Source: Chitinophagales bacterium (GTDB lineage Bacteria; Bacteroidota; Bacteroidia; Chitinophagales; Chitinophagaceae). From it: DNA of 51,880 nucleotides. Under the pieces are notes generated by a model. It did no database searches and was not told the origin of the DNA. It saw only the letters and a program-made list of their open reading frames with translations. This document shows, piece after piece, positions 47,538 to 51,880 of this stretch. The position numbers and the translations under genes are program-made. The stretch is from positions 1 to 51,880 of the forward strand of contig JBIOGV010000001.1 in assembly GCA_044448365.1 (NCBI GenBank), read 5' to 3'. Every line of letters begins with the position of its first letter. The stretch's first letter is position 1.

Positions 47538-48326
47538 TCATCTGAACGCTTTTTCCATTTGCCTTTTCAATTCAAACGGCGACCATAAACCCGAAACCAT
47601 TATGCGTCTTATCGTAAATAGTGGTTCATTCGCGCTCGTCTTTCCTGACAACTGGAATGCCGCTTTAAGATTTCTTTTTTTTAATTCATGAATCGAAACC
47701 TCATTCCATACTCCATATGGGTAGGCAAAAAAATTGACCGGTTTGCCTGTTAATTTCTCAAGTTTCGATCCCGGCTTGCCAATTTGTTCTTCCCAGTCTT
47801 TTCCCGTGAGTGTAGTTATTTTTGGGTGATTCCGGGTGTGATTTCCAATCGTATGACCATCATCTGAAAGTTCTTTGATCTGAGCAGATGTTAGATAGTT
47901 TGACTTATCAATGCATACTGTCATTATAAAAAATACAGCCTTAAATCCATATTTTTCAAGGATTGTTTTTGCAATTGAAAAATCCTCCTCATGGGTATCA
48001 TCAAAACTCAGCAAAATCGGTTTTGAGGGTAAGCCAGCAGCAAGAGTTAAATACTTGTATAACTGATCAGGTAAAATTGAATGATAACCGCTGTCGTATA
48101 AAAGCTTTAATTGTGCATCCAGATGCGCTTCACTAATTGTCAGGAAATCTTCCCGTTTTGGATTTTTTTTAATGTTGTGATAACAGAGTACAGGCACTTG
48201 TTTATTAATTTCCTCAATTTTTTTTGCAACTGATTTTTTGGGTGAATTATTTTGTGCAGGCGGGTTTTTTTTATCAATCACCGGATATAAAATAAAAAGC
48301 GAAAAAAAAAGAAGAATCATTTTCAT
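47538..48326 (-). CDS. Polysaccharide deacetylase (NodB homology) family protein
   Basis: LSFDDTHEEDF and GNHTRNHP motifs. The ATG at 48326 lies 1 nt after the upstream stop. Confidence 0.85.
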   Translation of the reverse strand: MKMILLFFSLFILYPVIDKKNPPAQNNSPKKSVAKKIEEINKQVPVLCYHNIKKNPKREDFLTISEAHLDAQLKLLYDSGYHSILPDQLYKYLTLAAGLPSKPILLSFDDTHEEDFSIAKTILEKYGFKAVFFIMTVCIDKSNYLTSAQIKELSDDGHTIGNHTRNHPKITTLTGKDWEEQIGKPGSKLEKLTGKPVNFFAYPYGVWNEVSIHELKKRNLKAAFQLSGKTSANEPLFTIRRIMVSGLWSPFELKRQMEKAFR

Positions 48327-48327
48327 T

Positions 48328-48963
48328 TTAACCAACTTTTTTCATTTCTCTTCTTAATCTTTCAAGGTAATAGATAACTTCATTGTCAGTCACCTGTTCG
48401 AAGTTTTCATAAAAACTATCTACGCCGGAGAATATTTCAGGTTCGAGAACAGATACAACATCATCAACTTCCTTACTTAACTTTTGTATCGCATCAGCAG
48501 AAGCAACGGGAACAGCAATCACTATTTTTGAAGGTTCTTTTTTCTTCAACATTCTCACTGTTACCAGTAAAGTATTCCCGGTCGCTATTCCATCATCAAT
48601 TACAATGATTGTTTTCCCTTTCCAATCTTTGACTTCTTCATCCTCAGAAAATTTGGGATACATTTTTTTCAGACTCCTGCGTATCCGGTCGATTTCTTCA
48701 TCAACATATTCCTGTGACGCTCCCGGGTCAGGGATCACGAATTCATCTGTCAGGCTAACAGCGCCAATAGCATATTCTTTATTCATCGGGTGCCCCAGTT
48801 TTTTTACAAGGATCAGATCCATCGGAAGATCCAGTTCTTTTGCTACTGTATATGCAACAACCACACCTCCCCTGGGTACAGCGAGGATGATCCCGGGACT
48901 GTCCTTGTATTTTCTTAATTTTTTTGCAAGCTGCAAACCTGCATCAATTCTATCATGAAACAT
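48328..48963 (-). CDS. Phosphoribosyltransferase family protein
   Basis: PRPP-binding motif IIVIDDGIATGNT. Confidence 0.85.
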   Translation of the reverse strand: MFHDRIDAGLQLAKKLRKYKDSPGIILAVPRGGVVVAYTVAKELDLPMDLILVKKLGHPMNKEYAIGAVSLTDEFVIPDPGASQEYVDEEIDRIRRSLKKMYPKFSEDEEVKDWKGKTIIVIDDGIATGNTLLVTVRMLKKKEPSKIVIAVPVASADAIQKLSKEVDDVVSVLEPEIFSGVDSFYENFEQVTDNEVIYYLERLRREMKKVG

Positions 48964-48972
48964 ATATTGATA

Positions 48973-49637
48973 TTAATAGGTCAACAAAGCCCTTGTTAAT
49001 GGTTGTAAATACTTTTTGAACCAATTACCTGCTTTTTCACATACAAGTCTCATTTTCCCATTCTCTTCAAATAAATGCGAGGCGCCTTCAATCACCTCAG
49101 TTTTTTTTCACAAATCAATTGTGCATAGGCTTTTTTGTTCAGATCTAAAACTTCCGGATCAAGGCTTCCTACGATCAATAAAGTGGGAGCTTTTACACCT
49201 CTCAATGATTCCATAACCAGGTCAGGCCTTCCACCACGTGAAACGATAGCTTGTATATTTGGTAAAGATGCTCCAGCCTTTAATGCGGATGCAGCGCCTG
49301 TGCTGGCGCCAAAATATCCAATACTTAAATGACGTGAGGGTTCGAAATTTTCAATCCATTTTGTTGTATCGATTAACCTGTGCGTTAACAATTCAGTATT
49401 AAACCGATTGTAAAAATGATCGTCTTCCTCTTTTGTGAGAAGATCGAATAAAAGAGTTGCAAAATTATTTTTGTGAAAATAGTCAGCAACAATTTTATTC
49501 CTGGGGCTTAACCGGCTGCTTCCACTCCCGTGTGAAAAAATAATAATGCTTGTTGCTTTTGGTGGGATGTTCAATTCACCTTTTAGTGAAGCTTTTGAAA
49601 GCAGCACTTCCACTTCACTGTGATAGCGGAATTCCAT
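48973..49637 (-). pseudogene. Dienelactone hydrolase family protein interrupted by a -1 frameshift in an A8 run (T8 on the plus strand, 49101-49108)
   Basis: The N-terminal 181 codons end at 49092. The next frame continues TEVIEGASHLFEENGKMRLVCEKAGNWFKKYL..., which is the expected catalytic-His C-terminus. One extra A restores a 221-aa ORF. Confidence 0.75.
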
Positions 49638-49703
49638 GATTTTCTTTTTTCAAAACTATTTATTAAACGGATCAATGGAAATGATGATCATTAGCATATT
49701 CTT

Positions 49704-49715
49704 TGACGGCGGTCA
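49704..49715. promoter_or_regulatory. FNR/CRP-like box TGAC-GGCG-GTCA (perfect palindromic halves)
   Basis: About 72 nt upstream of the hydrolase-operon ATG (49637). Confidence 0.45.
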
Positions 49716-49773
49716 TCGATGATAATCTTATACCAGTTAACCCGTAATAAGTAATTATAAACTCAATAATCTT

Positions 49774-49785
49774 TGACGACAATCA
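49774..49785. promoter_or_regulatory. FNR/CRP-like box TGAC-GACA-ATCA
   Basis: About 76 nt upstream of the USP ATG at 49856. Confidence 0.45.
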
Positions 49786-49855
49786 TTGAAACTGTTGTTT
49801 CCGGTCATTCAATATTTCTATCATTAACAGTATTTTAGATATGAAATTTTTCAAT

Positions 49856-50680
49856 ATGAAAAAGATACTCCTGGCTTTTGACGGGACTAACTTCTCCGAA
49901 GGAGCTTTTGAATTTGCAAAACGAATGAATGAACAATCGCCTATACTTGTTGTTGGCGTTTTTCTTCCACAGATCAATTACGCGAATGTCTGGAGCTATG
50001 CGGAAGGAGTAGCAGGATCTTTATTTATACCACTCCTGGAGAAAGAAGATACAATTGCGGTGCAGAAAAATATTGCTGAGTTTGAATCCCTTTGTCAGAA
50101 GAATAATATGGAATACAGAACTCACAGGAATTTTTCTGATTTTGCCTTACCTATGCTCAAAAAGGAAACGAGATTTGCCGATTTGTTAATTATAGGAAGT
50201 GAATCGTTTTATGAAAATCTTGGCATCAACCAACCTAATGAAAGTTTGAAGGACACATTGCATGATTCCGAATGTCCTGTATTGGTTGTACCGGAAATAT
50301 TTGAATTTCCAGAGAGTAATATTCTCACCTACAACGGTACCGATGATTCAGTTTATGCCATCAGGCAATTCACTTACCTGTTTCCTGAATTGTGCAAGAA
50401 TAAAACCTTGCTTGTATATGCAAAAGAAGAGCATGAAAAAGAGTTCCCGGATGTGGTGTACATAGAAGAATTAGCGGCCAGGCATTTTCCGGATCTTACT
50501 TTGTTCAGGTTGCCTGCAAATCCGAAACAATTCTTTCACAAATGGGCAAGCGAAAAAAAAGCGTCTGTTTTGATCAGTGGGGCTTTCAACCGGTCCATTT
50601 TTTCCCACATGTTTAAGAAAAGTTTTGTTGCGGATGTCATAAGGGATCATAAATTACCTGTCTTTGTGGCTCACAGATAG
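49856..50680 (+). CDS. Universal stress protein (tandem USP domains)
   Basis: MKKILLAFDGTNFSEGAFEFA... and a second half ending ...KLPVFVAHR. An alternative ATG lies at 49841. Confidence 0.8.
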   Translation: MKKILLAFDGTNFSEGAFEFAKRMNEQSPILVVGVFLPQINYANVWSYAEGVAGSLFIPLLEKEDTIAVQKNIAEFESLCQKNNMEYRTHRNFSDFALPMLKKETRFADLLIIGSESFYENLGINQPNESLKDTLHDSECPVLVVPEIFEFPESNILTYNGTDDSVYAIRQFTYLFPELCKNKTLLVYAKEEHEKEFPDVVYIEELAARHFPDLTLFRLPANPKQFFHKWASEKKASVLISGAFNRSIFSHMFKKSFVADVIRDHKLPVFVAHR

Positions 50681-50878
50681 AAATAATTGCCTGGGTTATA
50701 AAAGCAGGCAATCGGCGTCATTTTCATATCTATTCTCCTAAGTGGGACAAACGTTACGATTATTTCTTAGCAAATAAAACCGGATCTCTTCTTTATTTGA
50801 TAACAATCACTTTTATCCGTGACCATTTTCATAATTATTCTTAGAAAAAAAGAATAAAATTCGTTTATCATTTAATGC

Positions 50879-51649
50879 ATGGAACAGGCAACCTCATGGC
50901 GAAATTTCTTTAATGAGGCAGGACATCTCTCCCGCTTTACAGCCCGTTTTTTTTCAAGATGGTTCAGACCCCGTTATGAGATAGAAGAATTTTTTTGGCA
51001 ATGTTTTATTATCGGGTATAAATCATTGCCGCTGGTGGGTTTAACAGGTTTCATTATGGGATTGGTGTTAACCATGCAATTAAGGCCATCCATGGTAGAT
51101 TATGGCGTTGAATCCCAACTGCCGGCTATTGTAGGTATTGCTATCGTAAGAGAGGTAGGCCCGGTTATCACGGCATTGATATTTGCAGGAAAGATCGGCA
51201 GTAGTATCGGCGCTGAGTTGGGCTCGATGAGAGTAACTGAACAGATCGATGCAATGGAGGTAAGTGGAACCAATCCTTTCAAATATCTGGTTGTTACAAG
51301 AGTGCTTGCATCCACGTTCATGTTACCGGTATTAGTAGTGTTAGGCGATGCAATTTCATTGTATGGTTCTTATCTTGGTGTGAATATCCGCGGAACAACA
51401 AGTTTTCATTTGTTTTGGTCACAGGTATTTGCCAATCTTTCTTTCGGAGATGTTATTCCTGCGTTTTTAAAATCTTATTTTTTTGGTTTTGCAGTGGGTA
51501 TTATTGGATGTTATAAAGGATATAACTCAAGCAAAGGAACAGAAGGTGTTGGTCGATCAGCGAATTCAGCTGTAGTTGTTTCATCCGTAATGATTTTTGT
51601 TATTGACCTGGTTGCAGTACAGATCTCTGACCTTTTAGGACTTAATTAA
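50879..51649 (+). CDS. mlaE: MlaE family ABC transporter permease
   Basis: Typical MlaE/Ttg2B sequence (...VREVGPVITALIFAGKIGSSIGAELGSMRVTEQIDAMEV...). Confidence 0.85.
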   Translation: MEQATSWRNFFNEAGHLSRFTARFFSRWFRPRYEIEEFFWQCFIIGYKSLPLVGLTGFIMGLVLTMQLRPSMVDYGVESQLPAIVGIAIVREVGPVITALIFAGKIGSSIGAELGSMRVTEQIDAMEVSGTNPFKYLVVTRVLASTFMLPVLVVLGDAISLYGSYLGVNIRGTTSFHLFWSQVFANLSFGDVIPAFLKSYFFGFAVGIIGCYKGYNSSKGTEGVGRSANSAVVVSSVMIFVIDLVAVQISDLLGLN

Positions 51650-51652
51650 ACT

Positions 51653-51880
51653 ATGCTTGCAGAAGAAAAAATATTAAAAAATGCAAAGCTGGATTCCGGT
51701 GAAGAATTGTTAATGATCCGGCATCTGTATAAATCGTTTGAAACGAATCATGTTCTCATTGATTTTAACATGGATCTCAAAAAAGGAGAAAATTTAGTGA
51801 TACTGGGCAGATCCGGTTCCGGGAAATCTGTACTGATCAAATGTATTATTGGTCTCTTAAAACCTGATTATGGAACCATT
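51653..51880 (+). CDS. mlaF: ABC transporter ATP-binding protein, MlaF-like (3' end outside the window)
   Basis: The ATG lies 4 nt after mlaE. Walker A is GRSGSGKSV. The ORF runs off the window. Confidence 0.75.
   Translation, partial: MLAEEKILKNAKLDSGEELLMIRHLYKSFETNHVLIDFNMDLKKGENLVILGRSGSGKSVLIKCIIGLLKPDYGTI

Noticed and set aside
49016-49332. The plus-strand ORFs 49016-49216 and 49135-49332.
   Set aside because: They are antisense to the frameshifted hydrolase gene, whose two frames together explain the region.

Overview
This window looks like a Bacteroidota chromosome: it has T9SS sorting tails, Reg_prop/Y_Y_Y sensor kinases, lipoprotein signals and tight operon coupling without obvious SD sites. 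It is AT-rich by eye. I recognised no rRNA, tRNA, CRISPR array, transposase or integrase.

The window has three parts.

(1) Positions 1-369 are the 3' end of mnmE (tRNA modification GTPase, ending ...FCIGK*).

(2) Positions ~352-37500 are an accessory-looking mosaic of single genes and small operons. These are a GEVED/T9SS protein, a GDCCVxC protein, an S41 peptidase, a ~1840-aa hybrid kinase, two YVTN beta-propellers, a PF04392-type ABC importer, a second propeller kinase, an Omp85-like barrel, a prolyl oligopeptidase, MgtC, an AraC-AKR-SDR-cupin group, GH30, GNAT and TMEM175. The blocks are separated by at least 13 copies of a modular repeat, all on the + strand. The conserved core of that repeat is the last codons of mnmE (TTCTGTATCGG). 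Several copies keep an FCIGK-stop or FCIAAPEM-stop reading frame with third-position changes. I read this as a stack of att-like relics or a cassette array at the mnmE 3' end, although no recombinase is visible. A MITE/REP-like origin is the main alternative.

(3) Positions ~37700-50700 are a stress-type cluster. It opens with a PAS histidine kinase and an unusual REC-cNMP-HTH(Crp) regulator. It continues with bacterioferritin, an OM barrel, PEBP, a Cys-less thioredoxin fold, a BON protein, two tandem USPs, PNPOx, a phosphoribosyltransferase, a deacetylase and a dienelactone hydrolase broken by a frameshift in an A8 tract. Almost every promoter region in this cluster carries a TGAY-N4-RTCA (FNR/CRP-like) box. 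The window ends with mlaE and a partial mlaF.

All percent identities are by-eye estimates. No database search was possible.
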